NCBI GenBank assembly: GCA_964512645.1
Contig: CAZEJS010000005.1
Location: forward strand, 18,309-82,308
From: an uncultured Acidimicrobiales bacterium
GTDB lineage: Bacteria > Actinomycetota > Geothermincolia > Fen-727 > Anoxymicrobiaceae
DNA: 64,000 bases
Direction: 5' to 3'
The notes under the pieces are model-generated. The model saw only the letters and a program-made list of their open reading frames with translations. It searched no databases and was not told the DNA's origin. The position numbers and the translations under genes were made by a program. Shown piece by piece: positions 30,572 to 40,546 of this stretch (positions are counted from its first letter, which is position 1; every line of letters begins with the position of its first letter).

Positions 30572-31059
30572 GCAGGGCGTATATCGGCATGGGCTCGAAC
30601 ATCGGCGACAGGATGGAATATTTGCGGGCGGGCCTCAAGGCACTGCTCGCCGCGGCGCCGGAGCTGATCGTCGTGGGCACCTCCAGCGTTTACGAATCCG
30701 AGCCCGTGGGCATGACCGACCAGGACGATTTCTACAACGCAGCCGTCGCCGTAGAGACGACCCTGTCTCCCCACGAACTGCTGCGACTGCTGCACGAAAT
30801 AGAGGTCGACAACGGGCGCCAGCGCCTCACCAGGTGGGGCCCCAGGACCCTGGACCTCGACATCCTGCTGTTCTCCGGCGTGGCGATGGACGACCCGGGC
30901 CTGACCATCCCCCACCCACGCATGGCCGACAGGCGGTTCGCGCTCGAGCCGATAGTCGAAATCGACCCCGGGGCCGAGCTTCCCGACGGCAGGTCGGTCT
31001 CCGGCCTCCTCGAGGCCCTCGGTGACGAACAGGTGATCTGGCGCATCGGCGAGCTGTAG
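30568..31059 (+). CDS. folK: 2-amino-4-hydroxy-6-hydroxymethyldihydropteridine diphosphokinase
   Basis: YIGMGSNIGDR, FYNA, WGPRTLDLDIL and IPHPRM. Confidence 0.95.
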   Translation: MSRAYIGMGSNIGDRMEYLRAGLKALLAAAPELIVVGTSSVYESEPVGMTDQDDFYNAAVAVETTLSPHELLRLLHEIEVDNGRQRLTRWGPRTLDLDILLFSGVAMDDPGLTIPHPRMADRRFALEPIVEIDPGAELPDGRSVSGLLEALGDEQVIWRIGEL

Positions 31060-31070
31060 GAGGTCCGGGG

Positions 31071-31955
31071 TTGAACGCATCCGGCAGGGACCGGGAGACG
31101 GTCGCCGTAATAGGCACGGGCCGCGTCGGGACGGCGATGGCCAGGCTGTTGCCGGGCAGGGGATACGGCCTGGCGGCGGTCTTCGATACCGACCGCGGGG
31201 CCGTGTCGCGGGCCGCGGAGCTCAGCGGAGCGCCCTCGGCGGAAACCGCGGCCGGTGCCTCGGCCGGTGCCGATATCGTCCTGATAACGGTCCCCGACGG
31301 CCGGATAGAGGAAGCCTGCCTGGCGGTCGCTCGCACCCCCGGCGCCCTCGCCGGCAAGAAGGTGATTCACATGAGCGGGGCGCTCACCCTGGCGGCACTG
31401 GCTCCCGCCGCCGCCGCCGGGGCCGACATTCTGGTCGTGCATCCGCTGCAGACTTTCGCCGACACGGAGGGAGCGACGGCCTCGCTCCCGGGCAGCACCT
31501 TCGGGGTGACCTGCGCGGAGAGCCTCCGGGAATGGGCGGAGGGTTTCGTGAGCTCCCTGTCGGGCCGGGCGCTGTTCATCCCCGACGAGGACAAGGCGCT
31601 GTACCACGCCGCCGCGGCGATGGCGTGCAACCTGATGGTCATGGTGGAGTACGGCGCCCAGGTCGCCTGCCGCCGTCTCGGCATCGCCGACGAGGCCTCG
31701 ACGGAAGCCCTGGAACCGCTGGTGCGGGCGACGGCGGGGAACGTGGCCAGGCTGGGGCCGGCCTGCGCCCTGACCGGGCCGCTGGCGCGGGGTGACGTGG
31801 AGACGCTCGAGGCGCACCTGGAGGCGCTGGACGGATGCGACCCGGAGCTCGCGCGGATGTACCGGGCGGTGTCTTCGTGGGGCCTGCGCCTGGTGGAAGA
31901 GAAAGGCGAGGTCGACCGGCGGGTCGTCGATGCGATGAGGAGCGTGCTCGGCTGA
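31071..31955 (+). CDS. Rossmann-like plus DUF2520 protein, candidate ketopantoate reductase (PanG-type)
   Basis: VIGTGRVG, HMSGA, HPLQTF, YHAAA and LTGPLARGD; sits immediately before panC. Confidence 0.85.
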   Translation: MNASGRDRETVAVIGTGRVGTAMARLLPGRGYGLAAVFDTDRGAVSRAAELSGAPSAETAAGASAGADIVLITVPDGRIEEACLAVARTPGALAGKKVIHMSGALTLAALAPAAAAGADILVVHPLQTFADTEGATASLPGSTFGVTCAESLREWAEGFVSSLSGRALFIPDEDKALYHAAAAMACNLMVMVEYGAQVACRRLGIADEASTEALEPLVRATAGNVARLGPACALTGPLARGDVETLEAHLEALDGCDPELARMYRAVSSWGLRLVEEKGEVDRRVVDAMRSVLG

Positions 31956-31956
31956 A

Positions 31957-32823
31957 ATGGAGATCGTCAGAGAGAAGAAGGTGATGCGGGCCATCGTCGA
32001 GGAGGCGAAGCGAAGCGGCCTGGTTGTCGGCCTTGTCCCCACCATGGGCTACTTCCACCAGGGTCACCTGGAGCTCATGCGCCGGGCGGCCGCCGACTGC
32101 GACGTCGTGGTGGTGTCCCTCTTCGTAAACCCGACCCAGTTCGTGCCCGGAGAGGATTTCGAGGAGTACCCCCGGGACCTCGAGCGCGACTGCGCGCTGG
32201 CGCGAGGGGCAGGGGTGGACTACGTCTTCAACCCCGAGGTACGGGAGATGTATCCCGGTGGCGATCGCACTCACGTGGAGGTGGAGGGGTTGTCCGACGT
32301 GATGTGCGGCGCGGCGCGCCCGGGCCACTTCCGGGGCGTCGCCACGGTCGTGGCCAAGCTGTTCAATATAGTCCCGGCGCAGAGAGCTTACTTCGGACAG
32401 AAGGACGGGCAGCAACTGGCCGTGCTGCGGCGCATGGCGCTCGACCTCGATTTCGACATCGAGATAACGGGGGTGCCGACGGTGCGCGAAGAGGGGGGCC
32501 TGGCCATGAGCAGCCGAAACGCCTACCTCACCGACGAGCAGGCTTCACGGGCCCGTTGTCTCAGCAGCGCGCTCGCCAGGGCCTCCGACCTCGTGGAGTC
32601 GGGGGAGCGCCGCGCGGAAGCCGTCGCGCGTGCGGTGGAGGAGGAGGTCGCCGCTTCGCCGGGCGTGGACCTAGAATACGTTGCCATCTGTGATAAAATC
32701 TTCCTGCAACCGCTCGAGGAGCTCCATGGGACGGTGATGGTAGCCGTTGCCGCCCGTGTGGGAAAAGCGCGGTTGATCGACAACGTCATTATCGAGATAG
32801 AGCAGGGTGATGCAGCAGATTAA
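31957..32823 (+). CDS. panC: Pantoate--beta-alanine ligase
   Basis: [38 protein letters not shown] and RLIDN. Confidence 0.97.
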   Translation: MEIVREKKVMRAIVEEAKRSGLVVGLVPTMGYFHQGHLELMRRAAADCDVVVVSLFVNPTQFVPGEDFEEYPRDLERDCALARGAGVDYVFNPEVREMYPGGDRTHVEVEGLSDVMCGAARPGHFRGVATVVAKLFNIVPAQRAYFGQKDGQQLAVLRRMALDLDFDIEITGVPTVREEGGLAMSSRNAYLTDEQASRARCLSSALARASDLVESGERRAEAVARAVEEEVAASPGVDLEYVAICDKIFLQPLEELHGTVMVAVAARVGKARLIDNVIIEIEQGDAAD

Positions 32824-33202
32824 TCGGTTCATGCTCAAGTGCAAGATCCACAGGGCCGTGGTAACGGACGCCGACATACACTACGAGGGCAGCGTCACCA
32901 TAGACAGGCGCCTGATGGACCTGGCCGACCTCGTGCCCTACGAGCAGGTCCAGGTCTGGGACCTCGATAACGGCAACCGGCTCGCGACATACGTGATCGA
33001 GGGTGAGCGGGACTCCGGGGAGATATGCATGAACGGTGCCGCCGCGAGGCTCATCCACAAAGGGGACAGGGTCATAATCGCTTCGTTTGTAACCGTTCCC
33101 GACCCCCAGGCCACCGACTACCACCCGAAGATTGTCTTCGTCGACGAGGCCAACCGTCCGGAGATCATCGAGGACCACCTGACGGTGGACGATTTCTGCT
33201 AA
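32810..33202 (+). CDS. panD: Aspartate 1-decarboxylase
   Basis: [17 protein letters not shown] autocleavage site, NGNRLATY and NGAAAR. Confidence 0.96.
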   Translation: MQQINRFMLKCKIHRAVVTDADIHYEGSVTIDRRLMDLADLVPYEQVQVWDLDNGNRLATYVIEGERDSGEICMNGAAARLIHKGDRVIIASFVTVPDPQATDYHPKIVFVDEANRPEIIEDHLTVDDFC

Positions 33203-33229
33203 CGGTCGTCCCTCGACGCGCGAGGCGCC

Positions 33230-34192
33230 ATGACGCACAACGATACCGAACTCGGCAACCTCGAGATCATCGACGAGTTGTTGTTCGACGACGCCGCGGT
33301 CGCCGAGCAGGTGCTCAAGGTCAAAGACGAGCGCAACGCGGTGATCCTGGCGCACAACTACCAGCGCCCGGAGGTCCAGGAGATAGCCGACTTCGCCGGT
33401 GACTCCCTGGGCCTGTCGCGCGAGGCCGCCCGCACCGACGCGGAGGTCATCGTATTCTGCGGGGTGCATTTCATGGCCGAGACCGCCTTCATCCTCAGTC
33501 CCGACAAGACAGTGCTGCTCCCGGAGATGTCCGCCGGGTGCCCCATGGCCGATATGGCCGACGCGGCCGCGGTTGTGAGAGCCCGCCGGGAGCACCCCGA
33601 CGCGGTGGTTGTCTCTTACGTCAACACCACGGCCGCCGTCAAGGCCGTGAGCGACTACTGCTGCACCTCCGCGAACGCCCCCGAGGTCGTCGCGAGTGTC
33701 GAGGGCGACAGGGTGCTCTTCGTCCCCGACAGGAACCTCGCGGCCTATGTCGCTTCCAGGGTCGACAAAGAGATCATCGCCTGGGACGGTTACTGCCCGA
33801 CCCACGAGAACATCACCGTCGAGCATGTCCTCGCCGCGAAACGGGAGCACCCCGGGGCGCAGGTCATTGCCCACCCGGAGTGCAGGCCGGACGTGCTCGC
33901 GCTGGCGGACCACGTGCGAAGCACCTCGGGGATGCTTTCCGCGGCGCTGGGGTCGGACGCCTCGGAGTTCATAGTGGCCACGGAGTCGGGGATGCTCTAT
34001 CCGCTCGGCAAGGCGGCCCCGGAAAAACGGTTCTTCAGCCTCCCTGTCGAGCCCCTGTGTCCCAACATGAAGCTCACAACACTTTCCAGGGTGTTGTGGG
34101 CCCTCCAGACCATGGAGCCGCGGGTCACCGTGCCCGAGGAGATACGCGTCCGGGCCCTCGGGTCCGTGGAAAGGATGCTGGCACTGGGATGA
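33230..34192 (+). CDS. nadA: Quinolinate synthase
   Basis: LAHNYQ, VFCGVHFMAET, AGCPMA, YVNT, CTS and HPEC. Confidence 0.96.
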   Translation: MTHNDTELGNLEIIDELLFDDAAVAEQVLKVKDERNAVILAHNYQRPEVQEIADFAGDSLGLSREAARTDAEVIVFCGVHFMAETAFILSPDKTVLLPEMSAGCPMADMADAAAVVRARREHPDAVVVSYVNTTAAVKAVSDYCCTSANAPEVVASVEGDRVLFVPDRNLAAYVASRVDKEIIAWDGYCPTHENITVEHVLAAKREHPGAQVIAHPECRPDVLALADHVRSTSGMLSAALGSDASEFIVATESGMLYPLGKAAPEKRFFSLPVEPLCPNMKLTTLSRVLWALQTMEPRVTVPEEIRVRALGSVERMLALG

Positions 34193-35862
34193 TCCCGCGC
34201 TACCTGCGCTCCTTCAATACCGAAGCCCTCGATTCCCTGGAGCCCGATGTCGTGGTCGCGGGCAGCGGGGTGGCGGGGCTTTCCGCCGCGCTGCATCTCA
34301 GCCGCTTCTGCGACGTCCTCCTGCTCACCAAGTCCGATCTGCAGGTGTGCAGCACCAGGCACGCCCAGGGCGGAATCGCCGCGGTCATGGACGAGCACGA
34401 TTCGAAGGAAGCCCACGTTCGGGACACGTTCGTGGCCGGCGCGGGCCTCTGCGACCCCGCGGCGACGGCCGTGCTTGTCGACGAAGGGCCGGACCGCGTG
34501 CGTGAACTCCTGGACGTTTATCACGCCGACTTCGACATGGTGGACGGAAGGCTGGACCTCGCGAAGGAGGGGGGACACTCCGCCCGCCGGGTGGTGCACG
34601 CCCGGGGCGACGCCACCGGGTCCGAAGTCGAGAACGCGCTGGGCCGGGCGCTCCGGCAGCACCCGAGGGTCAAGGTCATCGAACACGCCTTCGTCGTCGA
34701 CGCTCTTCTCGCGGACGGGGAATGCAGGGGAGTTCTGATGGTGGACACGAGGCGAAACGCCATGATGACCGTCCGGTCGAGGGCGACAGTGCTGGCCTCC
34801 GGCGGCATGGGCGAAGTCTACCTGGTGACCACCAACCCGCCCGTGTGCACCGGTGACGGCCTGGCCATCGCACTGCGGGCGGGCGCGCGGGTGGCCGACG
34901 TCGAGTTCGTCCAGTTTCATCCCACCGCGCTGCATATCCCCGAGGAGCCCAAGTTCCTGGTGAGCGAAGCGCTGCGCGGTGAGGGCGCCCATCTGGTGGA
35001 CCTCGAGGGCAACAGGATCATGGAGGGCGTGCACCCGCTCCTCGAGCTGGCCCCCCGCGACATCGTCGTCGCCAGGATGGTCGAGGTGATGAAGGAGACG
35101 GGGAGGAACCACCTGTTCCTTGACGTAGGCCACCTCGATACGGAACATCTGGTGCTCCGTTTTCCCACGATATTCGAGCACTGCCTGGCGGCGGGCATAG
35201 ATTTCAGGCGGAAGCGCATACCGGTGTCCCCGGCGGCTCACTACATGAGCGGCGGGGTGGTGACGGACCTCGACGGGGCCACGGACGTGCCCGGCCTGTT
35301 CGCGTGCGGGGAGGTGGCGTGCACGGGGGTGCACGGCGCCAACAGGCTGGCCTCGAACTCGCTCCTGGAGGGGCTGGTGTTCGCCCACCGGATCGCGCGG
35401 TCGCTCGAGGGCTCGATCGGCCTGGAGAAGAGGCCGGCGCCGGTCCGGGCGTCGTACTCGCAGAGGGCCACCGGGCCCCGGGTCAGCTCGGCGCTCCTGC
35501 GGGGAAACCTGCGCGAGATCATGCTCGACTCGGTGGGCATGGTCAGGTGCGAGCGTGGCCTGAGGGAGGCGCGGGAGTTCCTGGAGGAGAACGTGGACGT
35601 GCTCAACACCGAGTATCTCGGCGTGGAGGGCATGGAGCTGAAGAACCTGTACACCGTGGCCTGCCTGATAACCACGGCCGCCGACCTCCGCCAGGAGAGC
35701 AGGGGCTGCCACCGCAGGCGCGATTACCCCGAGGTGGACGACTGGAGCTGGAAGAACCACATTGACATGAAGCTCACGGGTGGCCGGATAGTGGCGGCGA
35801 AGAGGCCGCAGCCCTCCAGGACGGCAGCCGCGCTCAGGATCCCCGCGCTCAAGGAGGTTTGA
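34189..35862 (+). CDS. nadB: L-aspartate oxidase
   Basis: GSGVAG, AQGGIA, EGGHS, QFHPT, SEALRGEG, AAHYMSGG and GVHGANRLASNSL. ATG 34189 overlaps the nadA stop. Confidence 0.96.
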   Translation: MIPRYLRSFNTEALDSLEPDVVVAGSGVAGLSAALHLSRFCDVLLLTKSDLQVCSTRHAQGGIAAVMDEHDSKEAHVRDTFVAGAGLCDPAATAVLVDEGPDRVRELLDVYHADFDMVDGRLDLAKEGGHSARRVVHARGDATGSEVENALGRALRQHPRVKVIEHAFVVDALLADGECRGVLMVDTRRNAMMTVRSRATVLASGGMGEVYLVTTNPPVCTGDGLAIALRAGARVADVEFVQFHPTALHIPEEPKFLVSEALRGEGAHLVDLEGNRIMEGVHPLLELAPRDIVVARMVEVMKETGRNHLFLDVGHLDTEHLVLRFPTIFEHCLAAGIDFRRKRIPVSPAAHYMSGGVVTDLDGATDVPGLFACGEVACTGVHGANRLASNSLLEGLVFAHRIARSLEGSIGLEKRPAPVRASYSQRATGPRVSSALLRGNLREIMLDSVGMVRCERGLREAREFLEENVDVLNTEYLGVEGMELKNLYTVACLITTAADLRQESRGCHRRRDYPEVDDWSWKNHIDMKLTGGRIVAAKRPQPSRTAAALRIPALKEV

Positions 35863-35866
35863 CCGG

Positions 35867-36709
35867 ATGGACATCGCCGCCAAGGCACAGGAGATTATCA
35901 GGCTCGCCCTGGGGGAGGACCTGGGGGCGGAGGGGGACATCACCACCGAGGCGACATGCCCCGCCGGCGCGAAGGGGCGCGCGACGATCGTCAGCAGGGG
36001 GGCCTGCCGCGTGGCCGGCGGGCCGGTCGCCGCCAGGGTCTTCGAGCTCGCGGGCGAAGGCGCCGCCTACCGCGCGCTCCTGTCCGACGGAGCGACTTCG
36101 AAGCCCGGCCAGGCGATAGGCAGGGTGGACGGAGAACTGGCGACGATCCTCTCGGGCGAGCGCACCGCGCTCAACTTCCTGGGCAGGATGTGCGGCGTTG
36201 CCACACTGACCTCGCGCCTGGTGGACGTCGCCCGCCCGCACGGCGTTCTCATCCTCGATACCCGCAAGACCGGCCCGGGGATGCGGGCACTGGACAAATA
36301 CGCCGTAGCCATGGGTGGAGGGACCAACCACCGTGAAGGGCTCTTCGACGGTATCATCATCAAGGACAACCACATCGCCGCGGCCGGAGGCATCGCTATC
36401 GCGGTGAGGAGGGTGCGGGAGCGCTACGGCGACCGTTACCCGGTGGAGGTCGAAGCGGCGACGATGGAGGAAGTTCGCGAGGCCCTTCGCTCGGGCGCGG
36501 ACACCATCATGCTCGACAACATGGGGCCGGAAATGGTGAAGGACGCCGTGGCGATCGTGGACGGGAGGGCGCGCACCGAGGTATCCGGCGGGGTGAACCC
36601 GGAGAACCTCGCCTCCTACGTGGAGCTGGGGATCGACGCGATATCCCTGGGATTCCTCACGCACTCCGCCCCGGCCGCCGACCTGTCGCTGGAGCTCGAG
36701 GTGGGATAA
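35867..36709 (+). CDS. nadC: Nicotinate-nucleotide pyrophosphorylase (carboxylating)
   Basis: EDLG..GDIT, ERTALNFL, LDTRKT, KDNH, EVE and MLDN. Confidence 0.96.
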   Translation: MDIAAKAQEIIRLALGEDLGAEGDITTEATCPAGAKGRATIVSRGACRVAGGPVAARVFELAGEGAAYRALLSDGATSKPGQAIGRVDGELATILSGERTALNFLGRMCGVATLTSRLVDVARPHGVLILDTRKTGPGMRALDKYAVAMGGGTNHREGLFDGIIIKDNHIAAAGGIAIAVRRVRERYGDRYPVEVEAATMEEVREALRSGADTIMLDNMGPEMVKDAVAIVDGRARTEVSGGVNPENLASYVELGIDAISLGFLTHSAPAADLSLELEVG

Positions 36710-36733
36710 TATCCGTTTCGGAGGTTTGAACGC

Positions 36734-37534
36734 ATGTTGCTGGGGATAGACGTCGGAAACACGCAGACGATGGTAGGGGTATTCAAGGGGGGCCTGCTTC
36801 GCAACCACTGGCGGATCTCCACCGCGAGGGACCGTACCGCCGACGAGATAGCCCTGTCCCTGGGCGGCTTCCTGGCCTTCGAGGGCTGGAGCCTGGACAT
36901 GATCGACGGGATGATCATTTCCAGCGTGGTCCCGGAGATGACCCGGGCGCTCACCCAGATGTCCGAGCGGATACTGCACCTGGAACCCCTGGTAGTGGAC
37001 AGCGCTACCGACACCGGCATGACCGTCCGCTACGAGGACCCCAGGCAGGTCGGGGCGGACAGGCTGGTGAACGCGGTCGCCGCGGTGTTCAAGTACGGGA
37101 CCCCGTGCATCGTCGTCGATTTCGGCACCGCGACTACCTGGGACGCCATCAACAGGGAGGGCGAGTACCTCGGTGGAACGATCGCCCCCGGGGTCGAGAT
37201 TTCCGCCGACGCCCTCTTCCGCCACGCGGCGCGGCTGTCCAGGGTCGAGCTGGAGGCGCCGGACAATCCGGTGGGGCGCAACACGGTGGAGTCGATTCAG
37301 TCCGGCATCATCTACGGAACGGCGGGCCAGGTTGACCGCCTGGTGGAGATGTTCAAGGAAGAGCTCGGGGAGGACGCGCGAGTGGTGGCCACCGGGGGCC
37401 TGGCCGAGGTCGTGGCCGGGCAGTGCCGGACGGTGGAAGTGGCCGACCCGCTTTTGACACTTGACGGACTCAGGCTAATATATGAGAGAAATGTTGAGGC
37501 CCTTCGGCCTGAACAGGAGAAAGGGGGACGATGA
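36734..37534 (+). CDS. coaX: Type III pantothenate kinase
   Basis: IDVGNT, SSVVP, GADR, VDFGTAT, GGTIAPG and ATGG. Confidence 0.95.
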   Translation: MLLGIDVGNTQTMVGVFKGGLLRNHWRISTARDRTADEIALSLGGFLAFEGWSLDMIDGMIISSVVPEMTRALTQMSERILHLEPLVVDSATDTGMTVRYEDPRQVGADRLVNAVAAVFKYGTPCIVVDFGTATTWDAINREGEYLGGTIAPGVEISADALFRHAARLSRVELEAPDNPVGRNTVESIQSGIIYGTAGQVDRLVEMFKEELGEDARVVATGGLAEVVAGQCRTVEVADPLLTLDGLRLIYERNVEALRPEQEKGGR

Positions 37535-37962
37535 TGGGCGTGTTCAAGGACGCGGACCAGGTGTACGAACTCCTGGGAGGGCTGTTCAACGACCTTACCG
37601 GGGATCCCGTGATCGCCGAGAAGTTCGCCGCGAGCGGCCTGGTAATACGTTTCACCTACACGGATCCCGATTCCGAGATATGGCTCGACGCCAGCAAGAA
37701 GGACCCGAAGAACCTGGGTGTCATCTGCGGGCCTGCCGAGGGGCTAACCGCCGAGGTGGAGATGTCGATGAAGGCCGACGTGGCGCACCAGTTCTGGCTC
37801 GGCAACGTGAACCTCATGGTGGCGCTCACCCGCAAGCAGATAACCGCCAAGGGCCCCATACCCAAGATCATGAAGCTGCTGCCGGTCATCAAGCCGGCGT
37901 TCGCGAAGTACCAGCAGTTTTTGAAGGACCAGGGCCTGGAGCACATGATCACCAAGAAGTAG
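37531..37962 (+). CDS. SCP2 sterol/lipid-binding domain protein
   Basis: EVEMSMKADVAHQFWLGNVNLMVALTRKQITAKGPIPKIMKL resembles the SCP2 pattern. Confidence 0.8.
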   Translation: MMGVFKDADQVYELLGGLFNDLTGDPVIAEKFAASGLVIRFTYTDPDSEIWLDASKKDPKNLGVICGPAEGLTAEVEMSMKADVAHQFWLGNVNLMVALTRKQITAKGPIPKIMKLLPVIKPAFAKYQQFLKDQGLEHMITKK

Positions 37963-37968
37963 GAATCG

Positions 37969-37994
37969 CCCCGCGGCGGCTCCGGCCGACGGGG
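37969..37994 (+). terminator. GC-rich hairpin after the SCP2 gene
   Basis: CCCCG/CGGGG plus CGGC/GCCG stem 6 nt after the stop; no U-tract. Confidence 0.4.
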
Positions 37995-38047
37995 AGGAAT
38001 TGGCAGTTTTTGGCGCCGGATGTCGGTTGACAAAATCGGCATACCTG

Positions 38048-38098
38048 TGTGATATACTTCGACAAACGGTGCCATTGGGAAAGATGGCACTTTTTATT
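38048..38098 (+). promoter_or_regulatory. TRTGn extended -10 element followed by a hairpin and U-tract in the ATPase leader
   Basis: TGTG-A-TATACT (38048-38058); GTGCCAT (38069-38075) pairs with ATGGCAC (38084-38090); followed by TTTTTATT. Confidence 0.55.
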
Positions 38099-38135
38099 GT
38101 GGCCGTTTTCTTTAGGGCAATAGAGGAGATGGATC

Positions 38136-38495
38136 ATGGCCGATGCCGCCCGGGGTGCTGAAGAGCCGAAAGCCGAGCTGTCTTCCGCCGAGGAGATGCT
38201 GGAGCTCATCGTGATCAAGGAGGACGAGATCAAGGCGCGTATCCAGCGCGCCGAGGACGACGCCCAGCGCCAGATTGAGGAGGCCAAGCTCGACGCCGCC
38301 ACCAGGAAGCGCGAGGCGGCGGCGATCGAGGTGGGCCAGGACATCAGGGAGAAGACCCTGGCCGACGCCCGGACCGAGGCCGAGAAGATCACCGCGGAAA
38401 TCACCGCCCAGGCCGACGAGTTGAGGAAACGCGGGATGGAACGCGTCGACGATGCTGTCAAGATGGTCATCGAAGGAGTATTGCCGTCGAGCTAG
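38136..38495 (+). CDS. atpH: A/V-type ATPase subunit H (G), peripheral stalk
   Basis: 119-aa charged coiled-coil (IKEDEIKARIQRAEDDAQRQIEEAK), first gene of the operon. Confidence 0.78.
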   Translation: MADAARGAEEPKAELSSAEEMLELIVIKEDEIKARIQRAEDDAQRQIEEAKLDAATRKREAAAIEVGQDIREKTLADARTEAEKITAEITAQADELRKRGMERVDDAVKMVIEGVLPSS

Positions 38496-38536
38496 GCTGT
38501 GAAGCCGACGGGATACCCAGGGGGGATGGGTCTTAG

Positions 38537-40546
38537 ATGATCGAAAAAATGGCCAAGGTGGAGATCCTGGGGCTCAAGGACATCTCCATAGACGCGATAG
38601 ACGTGATCCACGACCAGGGCACGCTCCATATCGAGGACCTGAGCGAGCGCATCGGAAGCATGGAGACCAAGCGCGTTACGCGCATGGAGATGGACCCCAA
38701 GTACGCCGAGAACGAATCCGCGCTCAACAACCTCCGGGCCAAGGTCGGCGACATGATAAGGGAGCTCCAGCCCGACACCGACTCGATGTCGCAGGCGGAC
38801 GTCCAGCGGGAATACCGGGCGCTCTGGAGCGACAACATCGAGGTCCTGGTCTCCCGGATCGAGAAGCTCTTCAGGGAGATCGAGAGGGACACCAAGGACC
38901 CGGTGGAGCGCAAGGCGGACCTGCTGGTGGAGCTCTCGAGGCTGGAGAAGTACGCCCCCATCATGGCCAAGGTCCAGCCACTGGCCGAGCGCGTGTCCCG
39001 CATGTCCGACATGGCCTCGATCGCCCTGATCATCGAACGCAAGTACAAGGCGATACTCAACTACCTCAACGAGGAGATAAGCAAGATCACCAACGGTGAG
39101 TGCGAGATCATCGCCCAGGACGTCGACGACGAGTCGACCGCCGCCCTCATCGTCTTCAACCGCCGTTACCTCAAGCAGGTGCACGAGTTCCTCGCCGTCC
39201 AGGACGTCAACCAGGTGCGCCTGCCCAGCGACATAGCCAAGAAGCCCATCGACGAGGCGGTCGCGGAGGTGCGGGCCCGAATCGCCCAGATACCCGGGGA
39301 GATCGACGAGATCGACCGGAAGCTGGAAAGCGTCTCCGGGAAGTATTCGGTCAAGCTCATATCAGCCCGCAACGTGATCCACGACAGGCTCGAAGCGATG
39401 GACGCGGTCCCCAAGTTCGCCCAGACGGATCAGATCTTCATCATCAGCGGCTGGCTGCCGGAGGCGGCTGTCGAGGACATGGAGAAGGCGCTGGCCGAGA
39501 AGTTCGGCAACAAGGTCGTTCTCAGCGTGGTCGACATCCGCGAGGAGCACGGCGAGGACGACACCCCGGTCTCGCTGCACAACAACCCGTTCACCAGGTA
39601 CTTCGAGATTATCTACATGCTCTCCAAGTACCCCCGGTACGGCACGGTCGACCCCACGGTGATCTTCGCGGTGTTCTTCCCGATCCTCGTGGGGATGATG
39701 GTGGGCGACATCGGATACGGCCTGATAGTCATGGTGGCGGGGTGGATAGTCCACCGGAAGTACAGCCAGAAGCCCATGCTGAACATGATCGGCTTCGTCC
39801 TCACCATCAGCGGCGCCTGGGTTACGTTCTTCGGGGTGATCTACCTGGAGTTCTTCGGGGACTGGCTCTATCGCTGGCTGGGCCTGCTCAACGAGGACGG
39901 CGACCTGGTGAAATATCTCGCCGGCAGCGAGCACTCGATATTCAAGTACCCCCTGGACCGCATCGAGGGGTTCACGTTCATGCTCGCGGTCAGCCTCATC
40001 ATCGGCTGGGTCCACATGGGCATCGGGCTCGTCATAGGCGTAATCAACGGACACAGAGAGAAGAACTACAAGCACGCCATGGAGAAGGGCGGCATGCTCC
40101 TGGTCCTCACCGGCGTCCTGGCGATACTGGGGAACTTCGCATTCCCGACCTGGCCGAAGTTCATCACCATCGGGCTGGGGGTCATCTTCAGCATCGGCGG
40201 GCTGGTGCTCTGCGGGGTCGGGGCAGGCATGGGCGGGTTCATCGAGGGAATCGTCAGCGCGGGCAATATCTTCTCCTACGCCCGACTCATCGCGATCGGC
40301 CTCGCCTCGGTCATCATGGCCAACGTGGCGAACAAGCTGGCGCTTGAGCAGGCGAAGAGCGGCTGGGTGGGCGTGATCGTCGGGGTAGTGGTGTTCATAC
40401 TCCTTCAGAGTTTGAACCTGGTGATCGGCGTCTTCAGCCCGTCCATCCACTCCCTCCGTCTGCATCTCGTGGAGAGTTTCGGCAAGTTCTTCGAACCTGC
40501 CAGGATCAAATACGAACCGTTCAGGAAAACTGGGGGTGAAGAGTAG
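38537..40546 (+). CDS. atpI: A/V-type ATPase subunit I
   Basis: MIEKMAKVEI, ISGWLP, TPV.L.N, PRYGTVDP, GDIGYG, SYARLIAIGLA, SLRLHLVE.FGKFF. Confidence 0.95.
   Translation: MIEKMAKVEILGLKDISIDAIDVIHDQGTLHIEDLSERIGSMETKRVTRMEMDPKYAENESALNNLRAKVGDMIRELQPDTDSMSQADVQREYRALWSDNIEVLVSRIEKLFREIERDTKDPVERKADLLVELSRLEKYAPIMAKVQPLAERVSRMSDMASIALIIERKYKAILNYLNEEISKITNGECEIIAQDVDDESTAALIVFNRRYLKQVHEFLAVQDVNQVRLPSDIAKKPIDEAVAEVRARIAQIPGEIDEIDRKLESVSGKYSVKLISARNVIHDRLEAMDAVPKFAQTDQIFIISGWLPEAAVEDMEKALAEKFGNKVVLSVVDIREEHGEDDTPVSLHNNPFTRYFEIIYMLSKYPRYGTVDPTVIFAVFFPILVGMMVGDIGYGLIVMVAGWIVHRKYSQKPMLNMIGFVLTISGAWVTFFGVIYLEFFGDWLYRWLGLLNEDGDLVKYLAGSEHSIFKYPLDRIEGFTFMLAVSLIIGWVHMGIGLVIGVINGHREKNYKHAMEKGGMLLVLTGVLAILGNFAFPTWPKFITIGLGVIFSIGGLVLCGVGAGMGGFIEGIVSAGNIFSYARLIAIGLASVIMANVANKLALEQAKSGWVGVIVGVVVFILLQSLNLVIGVFSPSIHSLRLHLVESFGKFFEPARIKYEPFRKTGGEE

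Noticed and set aside
33538-34188. Apparent N-terminal extensions in the ORF track (nadB from 33538, folP from 28804, folK from 30472, permease from 51766, amidase from 58867, membrane protein from 48118)
   Set aside because: They overlap neighbouring real genes or regulatory DNA; downstream starts with operon-style junctions fit the families better.
38027-38067. TTGACA as the -35 of the ATPase promoter; TGTGA-N6-TCGAC as a CRP or Rex site
   Set aside because: The spacer to TATACT is 20 nt, too long. The right half-site is poor, and TGTG is explained by the TRTGn motif also seen at 54097-54107 and 58903.
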